16,340 nt of DNA from Octopus sinensis. Its lineage: Eukaryota. Made by a program: the position numbers and the translations under genes. Below are positions 1 to 9,088 of the stretch, in pieces; position 1 is the stretch's first letter, and the number at the start of each line of letters is the position of its first letter. The DNA lies in the NCBI RefSeq assembly GCF_006345805.1, contig NW_021825259.1, positions 1-16,340 on the forward strand. Reading direction: 5' to 3'. The notes beneath the pieces are model-generated. The model saw only the letters and a program-made list of their open reading frames with translations, was not told where the DNA came from and did not search any database.

Positions 1-4
1 ATGT

Positions 5-42
<38 letters not shown>

Positions 43-208
43 TTGATGATGATGATGATGATGATGATGGTGGTGATGGTGGTGGTGGTGATGATGACGA
101 TGATGCTGATGATGATGATGATGATGACGCTGATGATGATGATGATGACGACGACGCTGATGATGATGATGATGATGATAATGATGATGGTGATAGTGAT
201 GATGATCA
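1..208. repeat. Imperfect (GAT)n microsatellite
   Basis: Continuous GAT/GGT/GAC triplets. The poly-Met ORF 1..276 is an artefact of this repeat. Confidence 0.97.
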
Positions 209-225
209 CAATGACAGGAATTTTC

Positions 226-272
226 TTCCCCTTTCTCTCTCTCTTTCTCTCTCCCTCTCTCTCTCTCTCTCA
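226..272. repeat. (CT)n microsatellite
   Basis: Direct reading. Confidence 0.9.
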
Positions 273-299
273 CTAATTTGTTTCCTTTTAGTGCTATAT

Positions 300-414
300 T
301 GTGAAGGTACTCAGCTCATGAGGCTCATGATCATAAGGTCATGAGATCGATTCCTAGTGATGCATTGTGTCCTTGAGCAAGACAATTTACTCCACATTGC
401 TCCAGTCCACTCAG
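300..414 (+). mobile_element. Decayed tRNA-derived SINE 5' part with CORE-like segment
   Basis: Degenerate tRNA-like head (GAGATCGATTCC, B-box-like) followed by GTGTCCTTGAGCAAGAC...CACATTGCTCCAGTCCACTCAGC. Similar to the copy at 11480-11725. Confidence 0.6.
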
Positions 415-598
415 CCGGTGGCATGTAAAAGCACCCACTCCACTTTCAGAGTGGTTGGTGTTAGGAAGGGCATCCAGCCATAGAAAACCATGCCAAATCA
501 TACAGGAGACTGCAACGGCCTTCCAGCTTACCAGCCCTGGTCAAACCATCCAACCCATGCCAGCATGGACAATGCACGTTAAATGATGATGGCGATGT
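415..598 (+). mobile_element. RTE-clade LINE 3' UTR fragment with (GAT)n tail
   Basis: Shares GGTTGG..TTAGGAAGGGCATCCAGC and CCAACCCATGCCAGCATGG..ACGTTAAATGATG with the copy at 6130-6588, which retains the RTE ORF end. Confidence 0.8.
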
Positions 599-704
599 AT
601 AATGTACTGTTCTGTGACAGAGAGATCAGCAAGAAAAGTACCCCATCTGGTGAGAGATAAACATTTATTTATTTAAAGGACACAAAGTACCCTGGATTCC
701 AGAA

Positions 705-1019
705 CGTCCCGCTATGCTTGAGGAGACCTGTTGAGTCAAGTACATGAACATGAACATCGAAATAAATATCAATGGAAATAGTAGTTGTGATACCTGTGCC
801 GGTGGCACATAAAAAGCACCATCCGAACGTGGCCGATGCCAGTGCCAACCCGACTGGCTTCTGTGCCGGTGGCACATAAAAAGCACCATCTGAACGTGGC
901 CGTTGCCAGCGCCCCCCCGACTGGCTTCTGTGCCGGTGGCACATAAAAAGCACCATCCGAACATGGCCGTTGCCAGCGCTGCTCGACTGGCTTCTGTGCC
1001 GTGGCTCATAAAAAGCACC
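705..1019 (+). mobile_element. RTE 3' UTR fragment containing ~3.4 tandem 66-67 bp units
   Basis: Units start at 794, 861, 928 and 994 (CTGTGCCGGTGGCACATAAAAAGCACC...GACTGGCTT). The same units and the upstream ATAAATATCAA.TGGAAAT.GTAGTTGTGATACC segment occur in the minus copy at 11000-11352. Confidence 0.8.
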
Positions 1020-1026
1020 GCCACCA

Positions 1027-1028
1027 AT

Positions 1029-1080
<52 letters not shown>
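1027..1080. repeat. (TA)n microsatellite
   Basis: Direct reading. Confidence 0.95.
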
Positions 1081-1084
<4 letters not shown>

Positions 1085-1134
1085 AGATGGTCCACTACAA
1101 GAAGTATTGTGTGTATGTGAGTGTGTGTGTGTAT

Positions 1135-1376
1135 ATCATCATCATCATCATCATCGTTTAACGTCCGTTTTCCATTCTAGCATGGTTGGACGGTTCGACC
1201 GGGGTCTGGGAAGCAGGAGGCTGCACCAGGCTCCAGTCTGATCTGTAAAACTCTGCCAGATCAGACTGGAGCCTGGTGCAGCCTCCTGGCTTCCCAGACC
1301 CCGGTCGAACCGTCCAACCCGTACTAGCGTGGAGAACGGCCGTTTTTATTGAACGATGATGATGATGATGATGATG
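1135..1376. mobile_element. Two RTE 3' ends in head-to-head inverted orientation (palindrome)
   Basis: 1135-1245 is a minus-strand 3' end with (ATC)n tail. 1243-1376 is a plus-strand 3' end with (GAT)n tail. 1184-1245 is the reverse complement of 1257-1319 except for one extra G. Confidence 0.92.
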
Positions 1377-1391
1377 AATACATGTTTTTAA

Positions 1392-1446
1392 GTGCCACTA
1401 AAAGTTTCATATGTTGAGAAATACTTCAAATATATTCATCAGACAC
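1392..1446 (-). ncRNA. Degenerate type I hammerhead-ribozyme-like motif
   Basis: Minus strand: GUGU-CUGAUGA-[imperfect ~9 bp stem II]-GAA-ACU(UUU)AGU-G-GCAC. The cleavage position is G, which violates the NUH rule. Confidence 0.4.
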
Positions 1447-1848
1447 GAACTACATATAACGAACCAAGAAAAAAGAAAAAAACTGAGTAAGAGAAGAAAC
1501 AGGAGAAAGCTGAGGAGGCAGTATATGATGTGGGTGGAAAAGGGGTCAATACATATCAGTTACAGATTGGGTCTGATAGATAATATACATATGTCATTAA
1601 TCATTAATCAGGGATGATTGTAAACTGCTGTTTCAAGGTAATGTAGGAATGAACACACACACACACACACATATATCTATATATACACACACACATACAC
1701 ACACACACACACACACCTATTGATTAGTTATAGGATTCATTAAGGTTTATCAACAAGTAGGAGGCCAGGATCGATTGGGTACCATAATATTGATTGACCA
1801 GCAAGGGAAAACAATCATTAGGTGTCATTTGTTGGTAGTATACTGCTG

Positions 1849-1880
<32 letters not shown>

Positions 1881-2138
1881 TCTCTTTTACACTTTTACTT
1901 CAGTCATTTGACTGTGGCTGTGCTGGAGCACGGCCTTTAGTCGAACAAATCGACTCCAGGACTTATTCTTTGTAAGCCAGGTACTTATTCTATTGGGCTC
2001 TTTTGCTGAACCACTAAGTTACAGGGACGTAAACACACCAACATTGGTTGTTAAGCGATGGTGGGGGACTGACACAGATACACAAATGCATACATATATA
2101 CATATACATATATATATATGTGTATGTTATTATATATA

Positions 2139-2187
<49 letters not shown>

Positions 2188-2320
2188 ATATATATACATA
2201 CAAACACACACACACCCACATATATATATATATAGTAGCACAGGCTTCTTTTAGTTTCTGTCTACCAAATTCACTGACAAGGCTTTGGTCAGCCCGAGGA
2301 TATAGTAGAAGACATTTGCC
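1881..2320 (-). mobile_element. tRNA-derived SINE (same family as 6615-7035), 5'-truncated, with internal (TA)/(CA) microsatellite
   Basis: Reverse complement aligns by eye with 6615-7035 from the (AGTAAAAG)n tail up to the CTTGGGCAAGTGTC segment. Confidence 0.9.
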
Positions 2321-2341
2321 TTGGTTTCAGGTGTGGTATAT

Positions 2342-2635
2342 GAACACAAATGGTGTTTAAAATTTCCTACAGCTGTTTCAGTAGCATTTTATTGATGCAT
2401 TCATAGATTACATCATAGCATACATCCACCATCCTCAGGTAAAATTTTAAGTGCATTTAAATAAGGTGAAAACCTAGATTACATTTTCACTACAAGATAC
2501 ATGTATTGATCCAAAAGACTTGTTCTTTGTGCCTGTTGGTGAACGGGTCGTCTTCTATAGTTTACCCTGCCTGTGAATCTATTAATAAAATGCTACTGAC
2601 ACAGCTGTAGTCAATTTGAAACTCCACTTGTGTTC
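2342..2635. mobile_element. ~294-bp element with 65-bp imperfect terminal inverted repeats; contains a hammerhead-like motif (Penelope/retrozyme-like or MITE)
   Basis: 2342-2406 vs reverse complement of 2571-2635: 55/65 identical by manual alignment, no gaps. Confidence 0.75.
2357..2450 (-). ncRNA. Type I hammerhead-ribozyme-like motif with palindromic stem III (ACAGCUGU)
   Basis: Minus strand: UUAAAAUUUUAC-CUGAGGA-[52 nt]-GAA-ACAGCUGU-A-GGAAAUUUUAA. Stem I has ~10 pairs with one mismatch and one bulge. The base of stem II is a U-U mismatch. Confidence 0.6.
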
Positions 2636-2679
2636 TTATTTCGTGTTTGTGTGTGTGTAAATACATAAATACATTTATA

Positions 2680-2780
2680 GTTAGATAGATAGATAAATAG
2701 ATAGATATATAGATAGATAGTTAGACAGACACAATCAGAAAGACAGATAGATAGACAGACAGATAGATAGATAGACAGAC

Positions 2781-2831
<51 letters not shown>

Positions 2832-2960
2832 CAGACAGATAGATAGATAGATAGATAGATAGAGATAGATAGATAGATAGATATAGATATGTTTCTTTAT
2901 TAGCCACACAGGGCTACACACAGACGGGACAGATTACAAAGTAGAGCATTTCTTTTTTGG
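2680..2960 (-). mobile_element. Short retroposon 3' end (AATAAA immediately before a (TATC)n tail), copy 1
   Basis: GTTTCTTTATTAGCCACACAGGGCT.CACACAGA...GTAGAGC at ~2891-2947 is repeated at ~3604-3659. In both copies it abuts a long (GATA)n array. Clade not identified. Confidence 0.6.
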
Positions 2961-3184
2961 GGAGGGAAAAAAAAGTGGGGTAGGTTTTTGATCAAAAGGG
3001 AAGACAGATAGATGTGAGAAATAGATAGATCTGTCCCTCCCTACAAAATGTGAGTAAACATGCAGCGCCTCTACAAGAACTTGCTCTGTTCACCCCATCC
3101 GTCTTCATCCCAGACTCTAACCCCCCCATCTTCTAACATAAAACTGGCCCCAAAACTCAGGTTTAGTAACCTTACAAGCTGCAT

Positions 3185-3365
3185 GGTGACCTCAGTGGTA
3201 GTGGTGTTGGTGGCAAGGAACTTCTCGTTGTAGAAATGTTGCCAAAGCAGACACTGGAACCACGATGCAGTCCTTGGACCCATCTGATCCTGTCAAATCA
3301 TTCGACCCAGGCTTGTATGGAATTTGGGTTTTAAATGAGGATGATGATGACGATGATGATGATTA
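3185..3365 (+). mobile_element. Older, diverged RTE-type 3' UTR fragment with (GAT)n tail
   Basis: GTAGAAA...GCCAAAGCAGACACTGGA...GTCAAA.CA..C.ACCCA.GC...ATGGAA...TTAAATGA.GATGATG parallels the RTE tail consensus seen elsewhere in the window. Confidence 0.5.
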
Positions 3366-3371
3366 TTATGA

Positions 3372-3900
<529 letters not shown>

Positions 3901-4095
3901 AGGTGTTCACAGGAAATAAATAACTCACTGCTCCAACCTAATCAATAAACCATAGTGGGGGTCTGCTGTTGTCATTGATTTTAGTCAATCATTCACTGAA
4001 CTATTGATCGCTTCAGCTGCCAAATCATGTAAAGTGCTGAGGGCTTCACATAAAACTGCTTTATTGACTTGCGTACACTATATGAAATCAACTTT

Positions 4096-4212
4096 GTGTG
4101 TGAGTGTGTGTGTGTGTGTGTGTATGTGTGTGTTTGTGTATATGTATGTATATTAAATATATATATGTGTGTATATATGCACATACACATGCAAGCATAT
4201 TTGCATATGTAC

Positions 4213-4245
<33 letters not shown>

Positions 4246-4547
4246 CACACACATGCAATATAAAAAGGATAGATACATATATATATTTATACAATATACA
4301 TATATACACACATGCACATACATTATACATATGTATATTACATAATATGTTGTGTGTGTATATATATATATATGTATATATGTGCGTGTATATATATACT
4401 ATATATTTACCAATATGCATACACATATGTATGTATATGTATATATGTATACATATAAATATATATGTATATATATATATACATGCATACATGTACATGC
4501 ACACACACACACATATACACGCATACATGCACACACATGCACACACG
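4096..4547. repeat. Compound (TG)/(TA)/(CA) microsatellite region
   Basis: Direct reading. Confidence 0.95.
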
Positions 4548-4662
4548 GTAATACCCTACTTTGCACCAACTCTGAATCTCCATAGAACATTTTTTTCATC
4601 TTCAATGAAGCAACACTACATTATTGTAACCATCAAGGACCCTTGGGAATTTCACGTTTATT

Positions 4663-4849
4663 ATCATCATCATCATCATCACAATCATCGTCATCGTCAT
4701 CATCATCATCAACATCATCATAGTCATCGTCATCATCATCATCAATACCATCGTCGTCATCATCATCATCATCATCATCAGTGTTGTCCTCATCATCATC
4801 ATCATCAGCATTGCCATTGTTGTTAACATCATCATCATAATTGTCACCG

Positions 4850-4889
<40 letters not shown>

Positions 4890-4977
4890 CATCATCATCA
4901 TCACCATCATCATCATCATTCCTCACATCATCATCACATCATCATCATCATCACATCATCATCACCATCATCATCAC

Positions 4978-5022
<45 letters not shown>

Positions 5023-5268
5023 CATCATCATCAACATCATCATCGTTTTCATCATCATCGTCATCATCATCATCGTCATCATCATCATCATCGTCATCAT
5101 CATCGTCATCATCATCACCGTCATCATCATCATCGTCATCACCGTCATCATCATCATCGTCATCATCATCATCTTCATCATCATCATCGTTTTCATCAGC
5201 GTTGTCTTCAATCTTGTCACCATCAACATTGTCATTGTCATCATTATCGTCCACACCATCATCATCAT
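4663..5268. repeat. ~600-bp imperfect (CAT)n array
   Basis: Direct reading. Gives the spurious poly-Asp/poly-Met/poly-His ORFs. Confidence 0.97.
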
Positions 5269-5400
5269 ATAAATGACCACTCTTCCATGCTTGCATTTGT
5301 CTGATTGAATTTATTGAGGCAAGTCTGATATGGCTGGACATCCTTCCTATCATCACCCACACACACACACACACATCTGTTTCCAAGCAAGTCATATTTC
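5267..5400 (-). mobile_element. Retroposon 3' fragment with (GAT)n tail, interrupted by (CA)n; same family as 5628-5765
   Basis: GGACATCCTTCCT.TCA.C...CTGTTTCCAAGCAAG..ATATTTC matches GGATGCCTTTTCTGTCACCAACC...TTGTTTCTGAGTAAAGTAATATTTC at ~5648-5701. Confidence 0.65.
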
Positions 5401-5405
5401 TAAAG

Positions 5406-5476
5406 ATTGCTTCAGTTCAATGGTAGAACATCTGTCATGTTTTCTGAAGATGTAAGTTCAAGTCCCACAGGCAGCC
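5406..5476 (+). pseudogene. Decayed tRNA-like cloverleaf (TGT at the anticodon position; tRNA-Thr-like pseudogene or solo SINE head)
   Basis: Perfect D arm GTTC-AATGGTA-GAAC, T loop TTCAAGT, acceptor ATTGCTT/AGGCAGC with G-U pairs. Anticodon and T stems each carry two mismatches. Confidence 0.55.
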
Positions 5477-5627
5477 TTTAACTTTTCCCATCCAAAAGGT
5501 TTTTTTACGCTAATATCTACACACTATTACTTATAGCTTTATCTGCTTCAAGTTCCACTGTTAAAAACAAATTACTTCACGTTGCTCAAAATTTCTAATT
5601 TCTTGCCTGGTTCAAATGGAACTTATT

Positions 5628-5765
5628 GAGGTGGAGTCTTCTGTGGCTGGATGCCTTTTCTGTCACCAACCTTTACTTGTTTCTGAGTAAAGTAATATTT
5701 CCCCAGACATGTTTTCAAGGAAAATTGGAAATGAAGGACACCACATGCATGAGAATAATATGGAA
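5628..5765 (-). mobile_element. Retroposon internal fragment
   Basis: Contains the reverse complement of the ..GGAAGGGCATCCAGCC-like motif and matches 5267-5400. Confidence 0.6.
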
Positions 5766-5773
5766 AACAGCAT

Positions 5774-6066
5774 TTGAGTATGGTCATTGCCAGTGCCACT
5801 GGACTGGTTCCTGTGCAGGTAGCATGTAAAAAACACAATTTGAGTATGGTCATTGCCAGAACTGCCTGACTGGCCCTCGTGCCAGTGGCATGTAAATGCA
5901 CACACTACACTCTCAGAGTGGTTGGCGTTAGGAAGGGCATCCAGCTGTAGAAACTCTGCCAGATCAAGATTGGAGCCTGGTGCAGCCATCTGGTTTGCCA
6001 GTCCTCAGTCAAACCATTCAACCCCTGTCAGTATGGAAAGCAGACGTAAAACGATGATGATGATGT
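5774..6066 (+). mobile_element. RTE 3' UTR fragment with two tandem units and (GAT)n tail
   Basis: TTGAGTATGGTCATTGCCAG occurs twice, followed by the standard GGTTGGCGTTAGGAAGGGCATCCAGCTGTAGAAAC...ACGTAAAACGATGATG end. Confidence 0.85.
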
Positions 6067-6111
<45 letters not shown>

Positions 6112-6129
6112 ATACATATGTATATGTAT

Positions 6130-6588
6130 GGGGACAGCTGCATGAAGAAGTACTGATCTCTAACTGAAGGGAACCTGTGGGAGAGGAAGGCCCAGAAAGG
6201 CATGGCGAAGCATGATCTTCAAATATTAGGTCACACGGAATCGATGACACGTAACCAAGACTTTTGGTGGTTTGCTGTGTTTCAGAAGACATGTGAAGCC
6301 AGGTGAAATTGTAGTCATGTCTGGTACCAGTCACACTTGATGGCACTTGTGCCAATAACACATAAAAGCACCCGTGCCGGTGACATGTAAAATGTATGTG
6401 TGCCAGTGACACATAAAAGGCATCCACCACATACTTGGCATGGTTGGCATCAGGAAAGGCATCCAGCTGTAGAAATCAAACCAAAATCAGAGTGGAGCCT
6501 GGTATAGCTCTCTGGCTTACCAGTTCCAGCCAAACCGTCTAACCCTTGTCATTATGGAAAACAGACGTTAAACAATGATGATGATGAT
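6130..6588 (+). mobile_element. 5'-truncated RTE-clade LINE: decayed ORF C-terminus plus 3' UTR and (GAT)n tail
   Basis: 6170-6205 encodes GTCGRGRPRKAW. After a frameshift it reads AKHDLQILGHTESMTRNQDFWWFAVFQKTCEAR* (stop 6304-6306). GRPRKxW...D...W is the typical RTE RT C-terminal motif. Confidence 0.85.
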
Positions 6589-6614
6589 AATAAATATATG
6601 ATAATAAATATATA

Positions 6615-7035
6615 GGCGCAGTAGTGGCTGTGTGGTAAGTAGCTTGCTAACCAAACACATGGTTCCGGGTTCAGTCCCACTGCGTGGAATCTTGGGCAAG
6701 TGTCTTCTGCTATAGCCCCGGGCCGACCAATGCCTTGTGAGTGGATTTGGTAGACGGAAACTGAAAGAAGCCTGTCGTATATATGTATATATATATATGT
6801 ATGTGTGTATGTATGTTTGTGTGTCTGTGTTTGTCCCTCTAGTATTGCTTGACAACCGATGCTGGTGTGTTTATGTCCCCGTCACTTAGCGGTTCGGCAA
6901 AAGAGACCGATAGAATAAGTACTGGGCTTACAAAGAATAAGTTCCGGGGTCGATTTGCTCGACTAAAGGCGGTGCTCCAGCATGGCCGCAGTCAAATGAC
7001 TGAAACAAGTAAAAGAGTAAAAGTGTAAAAGAGAG
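6615..7035 (+). mobile_element. Full-length tRNA-derived SINE with CORE-like segment, internal microsatellite and (AGTAAAAG)n tail
   Basis: A-box-like GTGGCTGTGTGGTAAG, B-box-like GGTTCAGTCCC, CTTGGGCAAG (CORE-SINE-like), tandem-repeat tail. Likely one of the known octopus SINE families; not verified. Confidence 0.92.
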
Positions 7036-7059
7036 TATGTGTGTGTGTGAGTATCCAAC

Positions 7060-7228
7060 CTTAATCTACAGACGTTTTGTTCCTCTTTTCATCCGTGTTC
7101 TCTCTTCATTTCTTTCTGTAAAAGGATGGAGGCTCGAAATGTCAAAAGACTTTTCCTTTTTCCCTGATCATCAAACTAATACATTCGCTCCCTCACCTAT
7201 CTCTGTCCTTTGTTTTCTCTTCGATTTT
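7060..7228. mobile_element. Putative Penelope-associated short repeat containing a core-inactivated minimal hammerhead-like motif (7111-7150, +)
   Basis: TCTTT-CTGTAAA-AGGATGGAGGCTC-GAAATGTC-AAAAGA resembles CUGANGA...GCUC-GAAACGUC minimal hammerheads. Partial similarity to 15283-15337. Confidence 0.35.
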
Positions 7229-7380
7229 ACACATATACATACATACATACATACATACATACATGCATACATACATACATACATACATACATACAGACAG
7301 ACATACATACATACATACATACATACTATATAATATACATATATATACATACATATATATACACATATATGTATATGTAT

Positions 7381-7413
<33 letters not shown>

Positions 7414-7504
7414 CGCTTATACATCTACATATACATATATCTATATCTATATATATATGTACATGTCCATATGTATATATAATATGTGTGTGTGTGTGTA
7501 TATA

Positions 7505-7554
<50 letters not shown>

Positions 7555-7770
7555 CATATAAATATATATATATATATATATATTATTTATATATATATAT
7601 ATATATATAGTATATGTATATATTCTGTATATGTACATGTGCATATGTTATACATATATGTGTGTGCATATATATGTATATGTGTATATATACACACATA
7701 TGCATATACATATAATACATATTACATATATATATGTATATGTGTATATGTATATATATAATATATAATA

Positions 7771-7802
<32 letters not shown>

Positions 7803-7832
7803 CATACAAATATAATATATATACACATATAC

Positions 7833-7883
<51 letters not shown>

Positions 7884-7910
7884 TACAGACATATATATGT
7901 ATGTGTATAT
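7228..7910. repeat. (TACA)n/(TA)n compound microsatellite region
   Basis: Direct reading. Confidence 0.95.
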
Positions 7911-8282
7911 GATTCAAATAAAGACTACACCTTCAGAATTCTTTTATTTTTCAACAAGACAAAGAAACAATAATAATAATAATAATATTTTATTGATTGA
8001 TTTTTTTTTATCAATTAAAAAAGGAACATACAACAACAAAAAAACTATCCTTTCATTTCTTTATTTGCTGTATTCCATTCTTGTTATAGTTGTTGTTGTT
8101 GTCTTCACTGTTTTGTTCTCCTTCAATTCAGAGTTCTTTTGTTTTATATTTATGTGGAATTATTTCAGTGTCTTTTTATCTTTGTTTCTTCACCACAACT
8201 GTGATGATTATAATTATATTTCATGTGTGTGTCTGTGTGTGTGTGTGTGTGTGCACACATATATATATATGCACACACACAG

Positions 8283-8313
<31 letters not shown>

Positions 8314-8329
8314 CATACACACACTCATC

Positions 8330-8488
8330 ATGGGCACCTTTTTGTCTGCCAATTCCACTCATAAGTCTTTGGGTGACCGGAGGCTATAGGCTTTAATAGA
8401 ATACACCAGCCCAAGGTGCCACACAGTGGGACTGAACCTGGAGCCATGTGATTGGGAAGCAAGCTTCTTACAAGACACCCATACCTAT
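8330..8488 (-). mobile_element. SINE 5' half (family of 6615-7035)
   Basis: CCCAAGGTGCCACACAGTGGGACTGAACCTGGAGCCATGTG is the reverse complement of the head/CORE-like segment. Confidence 0.85.
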
Positions 8489-8502
8489 ATACGTATGAAG
8501 AT

Positions 8503-9088
8503 GGGCTTCTTTCAGTTTTCCATTACCAAATCCACTGGCAAAATGTTGGTCAGCCTAAGGATATACTACTGTGTTTTTGAAACTTTTTTGTTGTGACCCT
8601 TTTTATTTATCTTGTGATCCACTGAAGGGTCAGGACCCACAATTTGAAAAATGCTGGTTTATATTCTGTACTTTGTACCCTCTTACGTATTTTTTGTTTC
8701 CTTCTTTTTTATCATGACCCATTTTATTTATCTTGTGACCCACTGAAGGGTTGGGACCCACAGTTTAAAAAACGTTGGTTTATATTCTGCTCTTTGCACC
8801 CACTTGTGGTTTTTCTTTCCCCCTTTTTTATCATGACCCATAGAAGGGTTGGGACCCATAGTGTGAAAAACGCTGGTTTATATTCTGTGCTCTGCACCCA
8901 CTTGAGTTTTTTCTATCCTCCTTTTTTATCTCGACCCATTTTATTTATCTTGCGACCCACTGAAGGGTTGAGACCCATAGTTTGAAAAATGCTGCTATAA
9001 TAACAGACATTTTCCCAAATTGCTGCGCTGTGTGATTGAACCTAGAGCTATGGTGTTTTGGAACAAGCTTCATATCACACAACCATTC
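8503..9088 (-). mobile_element. SINE 5' half (family of 6615-7035) split by an insertion at its CTATAGTA site
   Basis: 8503-8568 and 8995-9088 are collinear consecutive parts of the SINE. Confidence 0.75.
8569..8994. mobile_element. hAT (Charlie-like) MITE made of four ~120-bp tandem units, with 8-bp TSD
   Basis: Left end CTGTGTTTTTGAAAC; right end GTTTGAAAAATGCTG. Flanks ATATACTA (8561-8568) and CTATAATA (8995-9002) both resemble the CTATAGTA-type site in the host SINE family. Right-TIR copies end at 8656, 8777, 8875 and 8994. Confidence 0.75.

Noticed and set aside
621-649. 29-nt micro-exon candidate (AG...GTGAGA)
   Set aside because: Weak polypyrimidine tract, sandwiched between repeats, and no recognisable peptide.
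794-1019. CRISPR-like repeat/spacer array
   Set aside because: The units are whole-length tandem duplicates without unique spacers, sit inside a LINE 3' UTR, and there are no cas genes in this eukaryotic DNA.
1320-1345. A-to-G changes in the right palindrome arm as a fossil of ADAR editing before retrotransposition
   Set aside because: Only about three changes, some at CpG/CpA sites that could reflect ancestral states. Not distinguishable from neutral divergence.
1411-1617. 68-aa basic ORF with an NLS-like cluster, and possible mini-exons (e.g. DDCKLLFQ before GTAATG at ~1638)
   Set aside because: Purine-rich low-complexity sequence with no recognisable homology, and it overlaps a repeat-like hammerhead relic.
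4633-5395. Poly-Asp ORFs (4633-4926, 4934-5395, minus strand) resembling acidic biomineralisation proteins
   Set aside because: They are simple (GAT)n translations. All frames give homopolymers, there is no signal peptide or splice context, and the array abuts a retroposon tail.
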